A DNA stretch of 64,000 nucleotides, taken from assembly GCA_965203905.1 (NCBI GenBank), contig CBDBDQ010000005.1:3520001-3584000 (forward strand), given 5' to 3'. Under the pieces are notes generated by a model. It was not told the origin of the DNA and searched no databases. It worked only from the letters and a program-made list of their open reading frames with translations. This DNA is from Spirochaetia bacterium (GTDB taxonomy: Bacteria; Spirochaetota; Spirochaetia; SZUA-6; Bin103). This document shows positions 50,591 to 60,345 of the stretch, piece after piece (within the stretch, counting starts at the first letter, position 1; the number at the start of each line of letters is the position of its first letter). Position numbers and translations under genes: made by a program.

Positions 50591-50962
50591 CTAACTAACC
50601 CCACCAATCACCGAATTCAAATCATGGAACCAGGTTAAGCCACAATTCGTGCAGTATTGTGAGATGAACAGTCTGTAGCCTCTACCGTCCACAAGGAGTG
50701 AGGTCTCGCCGTCCCTCTCAACAGTGCCCGAGGAATACGTGCCTACCATGATCCTGGAATCGACTTCCAGGTTGCGGTTGTCTGCCTTACAACATGGTCC
50801 CATGGGGAACATATTGAAATGTGCTTTGACAAGTCGTATTGTCTTGTCCGTCATCGTTCCGTCCGGGTTGTATAATTCGGTCGGCAGTGGGATCGTTACT
50901 CCCAGCGGTTGAAGTGATCTATCCATTTGAAGGAATATAACATGTATATTCCTACCTGTCAA
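50591..50962 (-). CDS. Hypothetical protein with possible Zn-ribbon
   Basis: GPCC..YCTNCGLTWF; low-GC ORF. Confidence 0.55.
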   Translation of the reverse strand: MTGRNIHVIFLQMDRSLQPLGVTIPLPTELYNPDGTMTDKTIRLVKAHFNMFPMGPCCKADNRNLEVDSRIMVGTYSSGTVERDGETSLLVDGRGYRLFISQYCTNCGLTWFHDLNSVIGGVS

Positions 50963-51125
50963 TCCCCACCATCACAACGGGCACTCAAGGGGGTGTGCTG
51001 TCAATGTCTAACGACGTACGGTTGGAAGCCAAATTCCGAGACCAATAGATCAGAATTGAGAACCTGAAGAATCGCCGATTGACACGAAGGTTCGAAACAG
51101 GGTACGGTACCGGCTGGAGGGAGAT

Positions 51126-51983
51126 ATGGAAGAATTCAAATACGATGTTGTGTTGTCGTTTGCCGGTGAGCAGCGAGCGTACGTTAGGGAGGTTGCGGAC
51201 GAACTCAAGAGGATAGGCTTGGCAGTTTTCAACGCTGATGACGAACGTACGGAATTGTGGGGAAAGGACTTGCCGTCCTATCTGTGGCAAGTATTTGATA
51301 GGGATGGTCGCTATTGCGTCTTGTTTGTTTCTGCGGAGTCGGTGGAAAAACAGTTCCCAAAACACGAACGTCGCAGCGCGCTGACGAGAGCTTTGAGGGA
51401 AAAATCAGAATATGTTCTGCCCGCTCGTTTTGACGACATCGAAATCCCACAGCTAACAAACGTACACTACATTGACTTAAGAGATATGAGCCCGGTCGAG
51501 TTCGCCGGTATAATTGCGGAGAAGGTGTCATCGGATGAAGGTGTGCCGTCACAGTCGTCTGAGCGTAGTGAGGCGGAGGATATGGCGTACTACAAGCTGC
51601 TGGCATCTGTAGAATCGCTCAAAGGAGAGTCCTTATCCGTGCAGAATCGTATGCTCATTATACAAGACAACCTGGGGGTCGTACGTCGTGTTGTGGACGA
51701 GATAGTGCTGGATCACAAGGACAAGCACATTTTTCGTCACGACCTTGAGAAGAAGGTCGTTCTTGATCAGGATGATGACGGTCATAAACTTAGGTGTATG
51801 TTGGATAGGAACACTGTGCAGGATAGTACGTTGACCATTGAAGCTCTTGCAGAGGAACTAAGGACCTGTTTTCTCGATTGGAGAAGAGTTGAGCTTGCTT
51901 TGGCGGATGCCACGCGAAAGGTAGAAGAAGAAAAGTCAAAGAGAGGTATTTGGAATTTCCGAATCGAAACCAAGCCTCTGTGA
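51126..51983 (+). CDS. TIR domain protein with C-terminal helical/coiled-coil region
   Basis: YDVVLSFAGEQR, LWGKDL, HERRSA (conserved Glu), VLPARFDD, YIDLR; GGAGG RBS. Confidence 0.87.
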   Translation: MEEFKYDVVLSFAGEQRAYVREVADELKRIGLAVFNADDERTELWGKDLPSYLWQVFDRDGRYCVLFVSAESVEKQFPKHERRSALTRALREKSEYVLPARFDDIEIPQLTNVHYIDLRDMSPVEFAGIIAEKVSSDEGVPSQSSERSEAEDMAYYKLLASVESLKGESLSVQNRMLIIQDNLGVVRRVVDEIVLDHKDKHIFRHDLEKKVVLDQDDDGHKLRCMLDRNTVQDSTLTIEALAEELRTCFLDWRRVELALADATRKVEEEKSKRGIWNFRIETKPL

Positions 51984-52233
51984 GTGCAGGACACCTTAAA
52001 GGTGTAAGACGATCAGGACAAGGAGGGCCATAATAAACGTTCAGAAAGTTTGAAAACCCGATTATTTTATCGACGCGATGATTTGAGGTTCAAGGTGTGG
52101 GTCCACTTGACAACTCAATCGTCGTGCCTCTTGTAAGAACCGCTCCGCGAAAGAAGACAATTGTGCTCGGTGGAGTAAGTATGACGTGAAGTACTTGAAG
52201 GATGACGAAGTTGGAGAAAAAACCTGGGAGAAG

Positions 52234-52270
52234 GCGCGAGTCGCTGCCCTTCCGAGAAGGGAATTGAAAC
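52234..52270 (+). repeat. Solitary CRISPR-like direct repeat (no array)
   Basis: 37-nt GCGCGAGTCGCTGCCCTTCCGAGAAGGGAATTGAAAC with hairpin CCCTTC/GAAGGG and ATTGAAAC 3' end. Confidence 0.5.
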
Positions 52271-52417
52271 GGCTTCAATGTGCATGGGCTTGTCAGCTTC
52301 GCCGGAATCGGGTGAAAAGGTTGTTAATGAGTCCATAGCGCGTTATGACCTGGTTGTGTAGGCTTGTCAATCACCGGTTCAAAAAAGAAACCACGTAACT
52401 CCGTGCTTGGAATGGGG

Positions 52418-55400
52418 TTAGTTAGGTATGTTATTGCCAAAATCCTCCCGCAGCGTATACACGTCGGTGAACTCCGCGAACCGCCAGCGCCCGTACGTTT
52501 CCAGTCCGTTGACGCCAGGCACCCACTGGGTCTCCATGGTTGCCTTCTTTTCCTTGGCGTCCTCGCGGCGGTAGCCCTTGATCTCGACCACGAGGTGGAG
52601 CAGATCGTCCTCGCCCCGCCCATCGTCGACAAGCACGATGAAGTCGGGGAGGTAGGTGCGCGCCTCGGAGCCGTACCGGTAGGGAACCTCCAGCCCCAGG
52701 GCGTGGTTCTTGACGTAGGCGTGGACCTGCGGCTGCGACTCGACGAAGCGGCAGAATTCCGCCTCCCAGTTGCTGTCGCAGACCACCCAGTTCACGTGGC
52801 AGCGGAGCGGGTGAGTCTGCCAGCGGGTCGGCTTCGAGGTGGTGAAGTTGACGTGGATCGTCGAGCCCGTCGGGTTGTAGGGGTCAAGCACCGCCGTCAC
52901 TGCGCGATCTCTCAGATGGCGCGCCACGATGCCACGGGTGATGCGGGTGCAGGCCTGATCAGCCAGCTCCTGGTACATGAGCTGGGCGGGGTAGGTGCCA
53001 CCCTTGCAGACCAGGTGGTCGTCCAGCCAGCGACGCGTGACCCGCTTGAGCTGGCCGAACAGGTGCAGCTTCGGCTCCTGATCCGGATCCCGCCAGTGTT
53101 TCTCCAGCAACGTCTTGGTCAAGTGGTAGACCAGCGTCGATGGGCGTAGATCCCGGCGGTGGATCAGGTTCAGGTCGACGCCTTCACCAATGATCCCGGC
53201 GTTGTGAGTGATGGAAGGACCGACGATCTCCGGGGTGAGCACGAGCGTCGAGTCGTCGTCGAACTTCGCGTCCACGTGCTCCTCGGGCAGCTCTACGCGG
53301 TAGCCCTGGACGCGCGGAAACCGGATCTCGCAGGCGTCTCGATCCGGGGTAATCGCCCGGACCGCTACCGTCTTGCGCGGCTTCTGTGGCTTGGCGACGA
53401 CCGGCTGGGCGGTGAAGTCGAACGGGATGCCGAGCACGTCGGCATACTCGACGTTGAACCGCTCCTTTTCGTTGAGATCGTAGGACTGGCGGCGCAGGGC
53501 GCGACCGACCACCTGTTCGCACAGGAGCTGGGTGCCGAACGCGCGCACCCCGAGAATGTGCGTGACGGTGCGCGCATCCCAGCCCTCGGTGAGCATCGAC
53601 ACCGATACCACGCAGCGCGTGGAGCCCCCGAGCCGGCCTGCAACACCCACGGTGTTCATCACTTCGCGCAGCAGATCCTGGTCGGAGAGGTTCTCCGCCT
53701 GCCGAAGGTCGCCGGTGCGCGTAACGATCTCCTTGCGGAAGCGCTCGATCTCGTCGGTCGCGGCGACCCGGAAGTCCTTGCCGAGCGCTTCACCGGAGTC
53801 GAGTTGCTCGCTGTCGATCAGCAGGGTGTGCGGTCTGCCGAGCGGGTTGCCGAAGTCGTCGAAGTTGCGGAACAGCTCTAGCCGCCCGTTCTCGAACGAC
53901 GAGGAGCCGTCCTCATGTTGGCGCTGGAACCCCGATATGTAGTCGTAGACCAGCTTCGAGGTCGCCGTGTTGTTGCACACCACGATGAAGCAGGGCGGAA
54001 CATCGATGTCGGCCTCGCGCCACTGGTCGAACACCTTCGCGTAGTGGCCGTAGAGCGCTTCGAGCGCGGTCTGCAGCTCCACGGGAATGCTCAGCGGGTC
54101 GAGCACCGCGGACTTGGCGCGGCCCTTGCGGGGCATCCGCTTGCCGATGTGCTCCCACAGGTTGCGGAACTTGGGCATGTCGGCGCCGGGGATGTTGTCG
54201 GCCACCGGCACCCGCGGCAGCTTGACGATGCCGCACTCGATCGCGTCCATCAGCGAGAAGTCGCTCATCGTCCACGGAAACAGCGTGCCCTCCGCGTAGC
54301 CCGAGCCGCGCAGGAAGAACGGCGTGGCGGAGAGATCGATCACCCGGCTCAGGCCCAGCCTGCGCTGCACCACCTCCAGCCCGGATATCCACACCCGCGC
54401 GGCTTCGCTGTTCTTCTTCGCCTCCTGGCGGTCGTCTCCGGTGAGCTTGCCCTCGTCGCTCTCCTGCTCCGGTTTCTCGCGGTAGCAGTGATGGGCCTCG
54501 TCGTTGAACGCCATGATGCGCTTCATGCCCATCAGGCCGGGCATCACCCGCTGCAGCATCTGCCCCTCGGTCTCCAGCGTCTGCAGCTCCGGGCCGCGGC
54601 CCTGCAGCAGCGCGCGCCCGCCTTTCGAGATGTCCTGCGTCTCCCGCCGCATGAAGGCGTGGTAGTTGGTGATGACGATGTTGGCACGGTTCAGGTCGCC
54701 GAGCATGTCGCGCGGCACCAGCTCGCGGCTCTGGTAGTAGCTGTCGGGGTCGTTGGGCTGCAGCACGCGCAGCCGGTCGCGGATGGTCAGGCCGGGGGTC
54801 ACCACCAGGAAGCCGCGCGTGAAGCGGCGGCTGTTCGGATGGCGCACCGCGTTGATCGTCTGCCAGGCGATCAGCATCGCCATCACGGTGGTCTTGCCGG
54901 CGCCGGTGGCGAGCTTGAGCGCCAGGCGGGTGAGGCCGGGATTGGCCTCCTGGTTCGCCGCCTCCAGGTGCTGCAGGAACTGCCGGCCTTCCCGTCCGGC
55001 ACCGGGGGCGGCAACCTCGGTCAGCCAGATCACGGTCTCCACCGCCTCGACCTGACAGAAGAACGGACGCAGGTCGCTGAACTGGTGGTGCCGCCAGTGG
55101 TGGAGCAGTCGAGCGGTTTCCGGCGTGACCCGCCACTGGCCACGGGGCAGCCTGCGCCACTCGTTCACGCTGTTGCGTACGCTCTCGATCATCCGCATCA
55201 GTTCGTACTGCTGCCCATCCTCGTCCGGCGTCCTGCCGGCATCGTCGAGACCCAGCTCGCTCTGTTTCGCGGTCTGCTTGCGAGCCGCGGGGATCGGGGT
55301 GATGAACGACACGGTACGACGGCGGTCGATGATGTGGTTGGTGGGCTGCCGGTTCTCGTCCAGCTCCCAGTGCCGCGCCGGGTACTCGTACGGCGAGTTC

Positions 55401-55432
55401 AGAATCGGCTGTTCGAAAAACCGCTCGTCCAC
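52418..55432 (-). CDS. res: Type III restriction endonuclease subunit (Res, BPTD_3080-like)
   Basis: LATGAGKT, NDEAHHCY, LSATP, MLTEGWD, EQVVGRALRR, YLPDF..VEIKG. Confidence 0.9.
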   Translation of the reverse strand: MDERFFEQPILNSPYEYPARHWELDENRQPTNHIIDRRRTVSFITPIPAARKQTAKQSELGLDDAGRTPDEDGQQYELMRMIESVRNSVNEWRRLPRGQWRVTPETARLLHHWRHHQFSDLRPFFCQVEAVETVIWLTEVAAPGAGREGRQFLQHLEAANQEANPGLTRLALKLATGAGKTTVMAMLIAWQTINAVRHPNSRRFTRGFLVVTPGLTIRDRLRVLQPNDPDSYYQSRELVPRDMLGDLNRANIVITNYHAFMRRETQDISKGGRALLQGRGPELQTLETEGQMLQRVMPGLMGMKRIMAFNDEAHHCYREKPEQESDEGKLTGDDRQEAKKNSEAARVWISGLEVVQRRLGLSRVIDLSATPFFLRGSGYAEGTLFPWTMSDFSLMDAIECGIVKLPRVPVADNIPGADMPKFRNLWEHIGKRMPRKGRAKSAVLDPLSIPVELQTALEALYGHYAKVFDQWREADIDVPPCFIVVCNNTATSKLVYDYISGFQRQHEDGSSSFENGRLELFRNFDDFGNPLGRPHTLLIDSEQLDSGEALGKDFRVAATDEIERFRKEIVTRTGDLRQAENLSDQDLLREVMNTVGVAGRLGGSTRCVVSVSMLTEGWDARTVTHILGVRAFGTQLLCEQVVGRALRRQSYDLNEKERFNVEYADVLGIPFDFTAQPVVAKPQKPRKTVAVRAITPDRDACEIRFPRVQGYRVELPEEHVDAKFDDDSTLVLTPEIVGPSITHNAGIIGEGVDLNLIHRRDLRPSTLVYHLTKTLLEKHWRDPDQEPKLHLFGQLKRVTRRWLDDHLVCKGGTYPAQLMYQELADQACTRITRGIVARHLRDRAVTAVLDPYNPTGSTIHVNFTTSKPTRWQTHPLRCHVNWVVCDSNWEAEFCRFVESQPQVHAYVKNHALGLEVPYRYGSEARTYLPDFIVLVDDGRGEDDLLHLVVEIKGYRREDAKEKKATMETQWVPGVNGLETYGRWRFAEFTDVYTLREDFGNNIPN

Positions 55433-55667
55433 GGCGGCATACTACCGCATTCGAATGGCCGGTGTGGGAGGCTCGGCCTCCGGCGCGGTTGGAGGTCGAC
55501 TTGCTACCCGACCGGTTCTACGCCGCGATTCCTATCGCAACTTCCGGCGCCTGCCAGTCGTACGTAATCTGGGATGCGTCAGCGCGCGTTGACGCCATCC
55601 GGAGGGCAGCAGCAGCATCTGCGGGGTGATGCTGTTGCCGATGTTGATATACCTTACGTTGGTTGAC

Positions 55668-56831
55668 ATGAAGGCCCCGCAGCAACGGTTGTTCACTCCC
55701 GGCACGGGAGCAACGCCTCGGGCCCTCACCGGGCGCGAGCGCGAGCAGGCGGTGTTGACGCGGTGCCTGGCGGACCTGCTCGGCGGCTCGTCGCCACCGC
55801 ATGACGTCGTCCTGACCGGGCCGCGCGGCACCGGAAAGACGGTGCTGCTCAACTGGTTCGAGCGTGTCTGCCGCGACGACGGACGGAACGTCGACGTTGT
55901 GAAACTGACCCCCGCCGACATTCCGACCCGCGATGCGCTGATCGAGGTTCTGGCGCCGCCGCCCGGGATGGCCAAGCTGCTGCTGCGGAAACTTGGCGTG
56001 GCGGCGGTCGGCTCGGTCGAATGGGCACCGCCGTCCGGGGGCATGCGGAACCTTCGGGCCGAATTGACCGCCCGGTGCCGCAGGAAGCCGTTGGCGGTGC
56101 TGCTCGACGAGGCGCACACGCTCGACCTGGGGGTGGGCAGAACGCTGCTCAACGCCAGTCAGCAGGTGCGTGCCGACGCGCCGTTCCTGCTGGTACTGGC
56201 CGGCACACCGGGGTTGGCGGGGCACCTCGGCGCCATGAACGTGTCCTTCTGGAGCCGGCTCGACGAAGGCCGCCTGGGTATCGGCCTGCTCAGCGACGCG
56301 GCTGCTCGTGCCGCTCTGGTAGATCCGCTCGCGGCCCACGGTGTAAGCATCGACGCCGACATCCTCAGCGCGGTCATCGAAGACAGCCAGCGCTATCCGT
56401 ACTTCATCCAGCTTTGGGGCGAGGCCCTGTGGCAACAGCGTCTGGTCACCGGCGCGACCCGGCTGAATGCCGCCGACGCGGCCGCGGCTCGGACCGACGT
56501 GGCCGCTCGGGTCATCGACTACTACGAGGATCGGTATCTGGAATTGGACCAATCGGGCTGGCTCGCCGTTGCCGAGCGGGTGGCCTCCCGCTTTCGGTCC
56601 CTGCCGACGCTGACCTACGAGGAGTTGAAGGCCGCGATCGCCGCCGGACTCGCTGCGAACGCGGACCCCGCGCAGGTGCACGCAGCACTGAACGCCCTGC
56701 AGCGCCTGGGGTTCGTCTGGCGACCGCCCGGACAGCTCCCACCGGTTCGCTACGAGCCCGGCATTCCCTCGTTCATGGCACACGTGCTCGACCACGCCGC
56801 ACCGGCCTTGAGCGACTCCGCATCATCGTGA
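55668..56831 (+). CDS. AAA ATPase (AAA_16/archaeal ATPase-like) with C-terminal winged helix
   Basis: FTPGTG..LTGRERE, GPRGTGKT, LLDEAH, RYPYFIQLWG. Confidence 0.85.
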   Translation: MKAPQQRLFTPGTGATPRALTGREREQAVLTRCLADLLGGSSPPHDVVLTGPRGTGKTVLLNWFERVCRDDGRNVDVVKLTPADIPTRDALIEVLAPPPGMAKLLLRKLGVAAVGSVEWAPPSGGMRNLRAELTARCRRKPLAVLLDEAHTLDLGVGRTLLNASQQVRADAPFLLVLAGTPGLAGHLGAMNVSFWSRLDEGRLGIGLLSDAAARAALVDPLAAHGVSIDADILSAVIEDSQRYPYFIQLWGEALWQQRLVTGATRLNAADAAAARTDVAARVIDYYEDRYLELDQSGWLAVAERVASRFRSLPTLTYEELKAAIAAGLAANADPAQVHAALNALQRLGFVWRPPGQLPPVRYEPGIPSFMAHVLDHAAPALSDSASS

Positions 56832-57082
56832 AGGTCCGGGGCTGGACATCATCCATGTCTACGACGATGCGGCTCGGAAGCCGGTCTCGCCAGCGCCAGA
56901 ACACGAGGTTAACATCCACGGGACGCGCACCGGCAGCGAAGCTCCGCACCAGCATCCCGACGAAACCGGACTCGATCAACCGATCCGCCAATGCCTGCGA
57001 CGCCGGGACGGCGCCACCGTACATCACCGTTCTCCAGGCCGGGCAGTGTAGATCCGTCGGTGACATCATGGTCTGCGCAACG
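56810..57082 (-). pseudogene. C-terminal remnant of RES-domain toxin
   Basis: PASQALADRLIESGFVGMLVRSFAAGA..VNLVFWRW; N-terminal RES motifs missing. Confidence 0.72.
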
Positions 57083-57436
57083 TCAGGCGTAACCTCCGGC
57101 GACGATCTGGTCGAGGTAGGCGTGGACGTAAGCCGCCTTGCCGCGACGTACCAGTTGGTCCGGAGTCATGCAATTCAAACCCGGCAGCGGCTCCGAGCGG
57201 AACCAGGCGTATGCCACGAGGGTGGCGCAACCGGTATGCGCCTGCACCCTGCGCAGAATCTCGACCATTTCGCGCAACCTTGTCTGGGTCTTTGGCGCCC
57301 GCACCCGCGCCGATCGCGAAAACGCGTCCTGGCCAAGCCCCAGGGTGCTCGCGATTTCCGTCTTGGTAGTCCGCAGAGCACCGGCGATCAACGTTGGCGA
57401 GAACACCTGATCCTGGACGAATTCCTGCAGCTCCAT
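57083..57436 (-). CDS. Xre/MbcA/ParS-type antitoxin
   Basis: EIASTLGL..TQTRLREMVEIL..AYAWFRSEPLPG..TPDQLV..GGYA; upstream of the RES remnant. Confidence 0.85.
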   Translation of the reverse strand: MELQEFVQDQVFSPTLIAGALRTTKTEIASTLGLGQDAFSRSARVRAPKTQTRLREMVEILRRVQAHTGCATLVAYAWFRSEPLPGLNCMTPDQLVRRGKAAYVHAYLDQIVAGGYA

Positions 57437-57439
57437 GAC

Positions 57440-57863
57440 ACTAACGGCCGCGGATCGGCCATGCTCCAGCGCGCCAGCGCCTGGCGCAATGCTTTGCCCG
57501 GCCCCACCCAATCCAGCAGCCCGGGCCAGAGGTCCTCGAGCATGTCATCGCCCAGCGTCAGGCTGGCCTGGAACCCCAGCTCGGCAAGCACGGTGCGCAT
57601 GCCCTCGGCCACGTTCTCACGCATCGCCTGGCCATCCTCGACGGTGGCGTACACACAGCGGAAGTCGCCGGCCTCTCCACCGTTCAGCAGGTTGCGCAAC
57701 GCCAGCAGCGCAGATGTCTTGCCGGTCTGCCGCGGTGCGTGCAGCACGAAGTACTTCTCGTCGCGGATCAGGGCAGCACATCCTTAAGGTCGGGCCGCGA
57801 CAGCGGCGCGATCTGGTAGTGTCGTTCCGCACGCACCGGGCCGGCGGTGTTGAACTTGCGCAC
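57440..57863 (-). pseudogene. N-terminal fragment of AAA-like ATPase
   Basis: RKFNTAGPV..HY..YFVLHAPRQTGKTS; frameshift near 57780; truncated before Walker B. Confidence 0.78.
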
Positions 57864-57911
57864 GGTGGCCACTGTCGCAGGGTGTGGTGCGGTTGTCATC
57901 CGCGGCTGTCT

Positions 57912-59054
57912 TTACCCGGCGCCCGGCAGCCGAGCGAGCTGGATCTCATCCCTGTGGATCACGACACCGTCGTCGTCGACCAGCCACGATCGCCAGCCGT
58001 CCTTTTCCACGTAGGCCAACTGCGCCCGTGACCACGGGTCGGCCCATCCCGGTGCAGTGCCGACCACGACCTGGAGCGGCACGCCGCGCTGGAGAGACTG
58101 ACTCATGAGCTTGTGGAGCGTTACCTCATCGCGGTGCACCCATGGGGCTGGGAGGCGTTCGTCCAGAAATCCCCATCGTAACCGCACGGTGCCATGCAGA
58201 CTTCCGTATTGATAGATGGCGTAGAGCGACTTGGCGTCGGCTTCGAGCCGGCGCCGCAGCTTCGTCAGTTCGCCGCCGGCGAGGTACTCTCGCATCGTCT
58301 TCTCATCGCCGAACGGGCGCCTGATGCCGCACGAGCCCTGTACCAACAGACTCGTCGTGATCTTGAGCGTCCGTCCGCTCTTGCTGATCGTCTTTGTCTT
58401 CTGCGGAGGTCCCAACTCACCGAGGCGACGGTCTCCGGGCTCGAAGCGCAACGTCCGCAGCAGCGCGCGCACGTCGATGGCCGCAATGATGCCATAGGCA
58501 GCGAGCTTCTCGACCGCGTCCCCGATCTCGTCTCCCACGAAGGTGTGGAGAGCCCGCTCGGCGACGTCGACCAGCACCAGCGCCTGCGGCCGTCTGGCGG
58601 GAAACGCGTGGACCAGCACCCGTCGCATGCGGCCGAGTTCTTCGGCGTGGGTCGGAAGTGGTTCTGGCGCGCGGCGATCCACCGGCTGCGTTGCCGCCTC
58701 CGATGGTCGCAGGTCGAGCCTCCAGACCCACAGATCGGCCTCGGCGTCGCGAGGATCGAGCGCGTAGTAGTCGCCGTCACGGTAGATGGGAGCACGCGCC
58801 GGCTTGCACCGTTTCAGCGAAGCCAGAGCGTGCGCCGCCGGTGCCACGCCAGCCTCCGCGAAGCGCTCCGCGGCTTCCTGCAAGGTGACGGGTTCGCCTC
58901 GCTCCAGGAGGAACACGATCAGGAGGCGGTAGTAATTGGCCTCCGGGTGGTCCTTGGCTACCTCCAGCTTCGGAATCTCGATCCCGAGCGCGTCGCAGTA
59001 TGGATTCGACCTCTCGCTCCGAAACCGAACCCCGGTTGTCCGCTCCTCGTCCAT
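57912..59054 (-). CDS. Hypothetical protein, about 380 aa
   Basis: Long ORF with natural composition; LLERGEPVTLQEAAERF suggests an HTH; GAGGA RBS before ATG 59054. Confidence 0.65.
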   Translation of the reverse strand: MDEERTTGVRFRSERSNPYCDALGIEIPKLEVAKDHPEANYYRLLIVFLLERGEPVTLQEAAERFAEAGVAPAAHALASLKRCKPARAPIYRDGDYYALDPRDAEADLWVWRLDLRPSEAATQPVDRRAPEPLPTHAEELGRMRRVLVHAFPARRPQALVLVDVAERALHTFVGDEIGDAVEKLAAYGIIAAIDVRALLRTLRFEPGDRRLGELGPPQKTKTISKSGRTLKITTSLLVQGSCGIRRPFGDEKTMREYLAGGELTKLRRRLEADAKSLYAIYQYGSLHGTVRLRWGFLDERLPAPWVHRDEVTLHKLMSQSLQRGVPLQVVVGTAPGWADPWSRAQLAYVEKDGWRSWLVDDDGVVIHRDEIQLARLPGAG

Positions 59055-59284
59055 CCCGTCCTCTCGCCCGCCACGGAGTCTGTCGCAATCCGACACCCTC
59101 CAGGCCCTCAAAGTGGCCGTCGACATTCGGCAGGCAGAGCCCCGGCCACTCCCGCAATGACCCGTTCCCGTTGGTCGTGCTTGCCGTTACGTTGTACCGT
59201 TGCGCGAGTGTTGATCAACCAGCCCTTGCCGCAGGCGGAGATGCGGCGTTGGCGGGTCGACGGCACTCTCGGCGGAGGCGCGAG

Positions 59285-60295
59285 ATGACGAATGGGACGG
59301 ATGGCCTGTCCGCCAACACGACCGCGATCCTGCTGCTTACGGCTCCCCTGATCGTCGGCAACCGCGGGTCACGAGATCAGATCCTCACGGCCGGCGAGTA
59401 CCGGAAGCTGGCCCCCTGTCTGGCATCGCTCCAGTCCCAACCGGCCGACCTGCTGGAGCCCGGTGCCGGTCGGCTCGTGGCGCAGTGTGGCGAGGTGATC
59501 GACGAGGCTCGTCTGAGAGCATTGCTGGACCGGGGATTCCTGCTGAGCCAGGCGGTCGAACGATGGCAGACACGGGGGACCTGGGTGGTTAGCCGCGCCG
59601 ATGCCGCGTACCCGCCGTTGCTCAAGAAGCGTTTGAAGAACGATGCGCCGAGCGTGCTCTACGGGTGTGGACCGCAAGAGATCATGCATACCCGGAGCTT
59701 CGCGATCGTCGGTTCGCGAGACGTTACGGAACCACTCATCGACTACACGCGGGGAACTGCCGCGCTGGTCGCCGGCGCCGGATTGACCGTGGTTTCGGGT
59801 GGTGCAAGAGGTGTTGATCGGGCCGCCATGAACGGTGCTCTGGAGGCCGGAGGCCGCGTCGTGGGAGTGCTGTCGGGAGACCTGGAGAGGACGGCCATGA
59901 ACCGCGAGCATCGCAACCTGCTGCTGGAGGAACGGCTGGCACTGGTCTCCCCCTTCGACCCGAGCCAGAGATTCACGGTTGCGCAGGCGATGCAGCGCAA
60001 CCGGGTGATCTATGCCCTGGCGGAAGCGGGTTTGGTCGTGAACGCCGACTTCAACCGAGGGGGTACGTGGGCCGGAGCCGTCGAGCAGTTGAAAAAGTAC
60101 CCGGTGCCCATCTTCGTGCGTTCGAGCGGTGATCCTTCCAAGGGACTTGAAGCTCTGAAAGACCGTGGGGCATGCCCGTGGCCGGAACCGGAAGAGCCGG
60201 ATGCGATTGACCGGATTCTTCGGCAAGGCTCCGCACGGCACGAGCCCGCAACGGACCAGGTCGAGCTGATCTTCGACCCGGAAGCCGGAAGATAG
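59285..60295 (+). CDS. dprA: DNA-processing protein DprA/Smf family
   Basis: YPPLLK..APSVLYGCG, AIVGSR, VSGGARGVD, AMQRNRVIY, GGTWAGA. Confidence 0.87.
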   Translation: MTNGTDGLSANTTAILLLTAPLIVGNRGSRDQILTAGEYRKLAPCLASLQSQPADLLEPGAGRLVAQCGEVIDEARLRALLDRGFLLSQAVERWQTRGTWVVSRADAAYPPLLKKRLKNDAPSVLYGCGPQEIMHTRSFAIVGSRDVTEPLIDYTRGTAALVAGAGLTVVSGGARGVDRAAMNGALEAGGRVVGVLSGDLERTAMNREHRNLLLEERLALVSPFDPSQRFTVAQAMQRNRVIYALAEAGLVVNADFNRGGTWAGAVEQLKKYPVPIFVRSSGDPSKGLEALKDRGACPWPEPEEPDAIDRILRQGSARHEPATDQVELIFDPEAGR

Positions 60296-60345
60296 GTTCC
60301 TCCTCGTCGTCGACCGGGGCGGCGCCGGCCACGTGGGCCAAACGC

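Noticed and set aside
50350-51030. Integron attC sites suggested by several RYYYAAC motifs
   Set aside because: No clear paired R''/L''/L'/R' structure, neighbouring ORFs are divergent, and there is no integrase.
51126-51983. Complete Thoeris system
   Set aside because: No ThsA-type SIR2/Macro effector is adjacent; only a stand-alone TIR protein is supported.
52234-52330. CRISPR array
   Set aside because: Only one convincing repeat and no cas genes in the window; reported as a solitary repeat instead.
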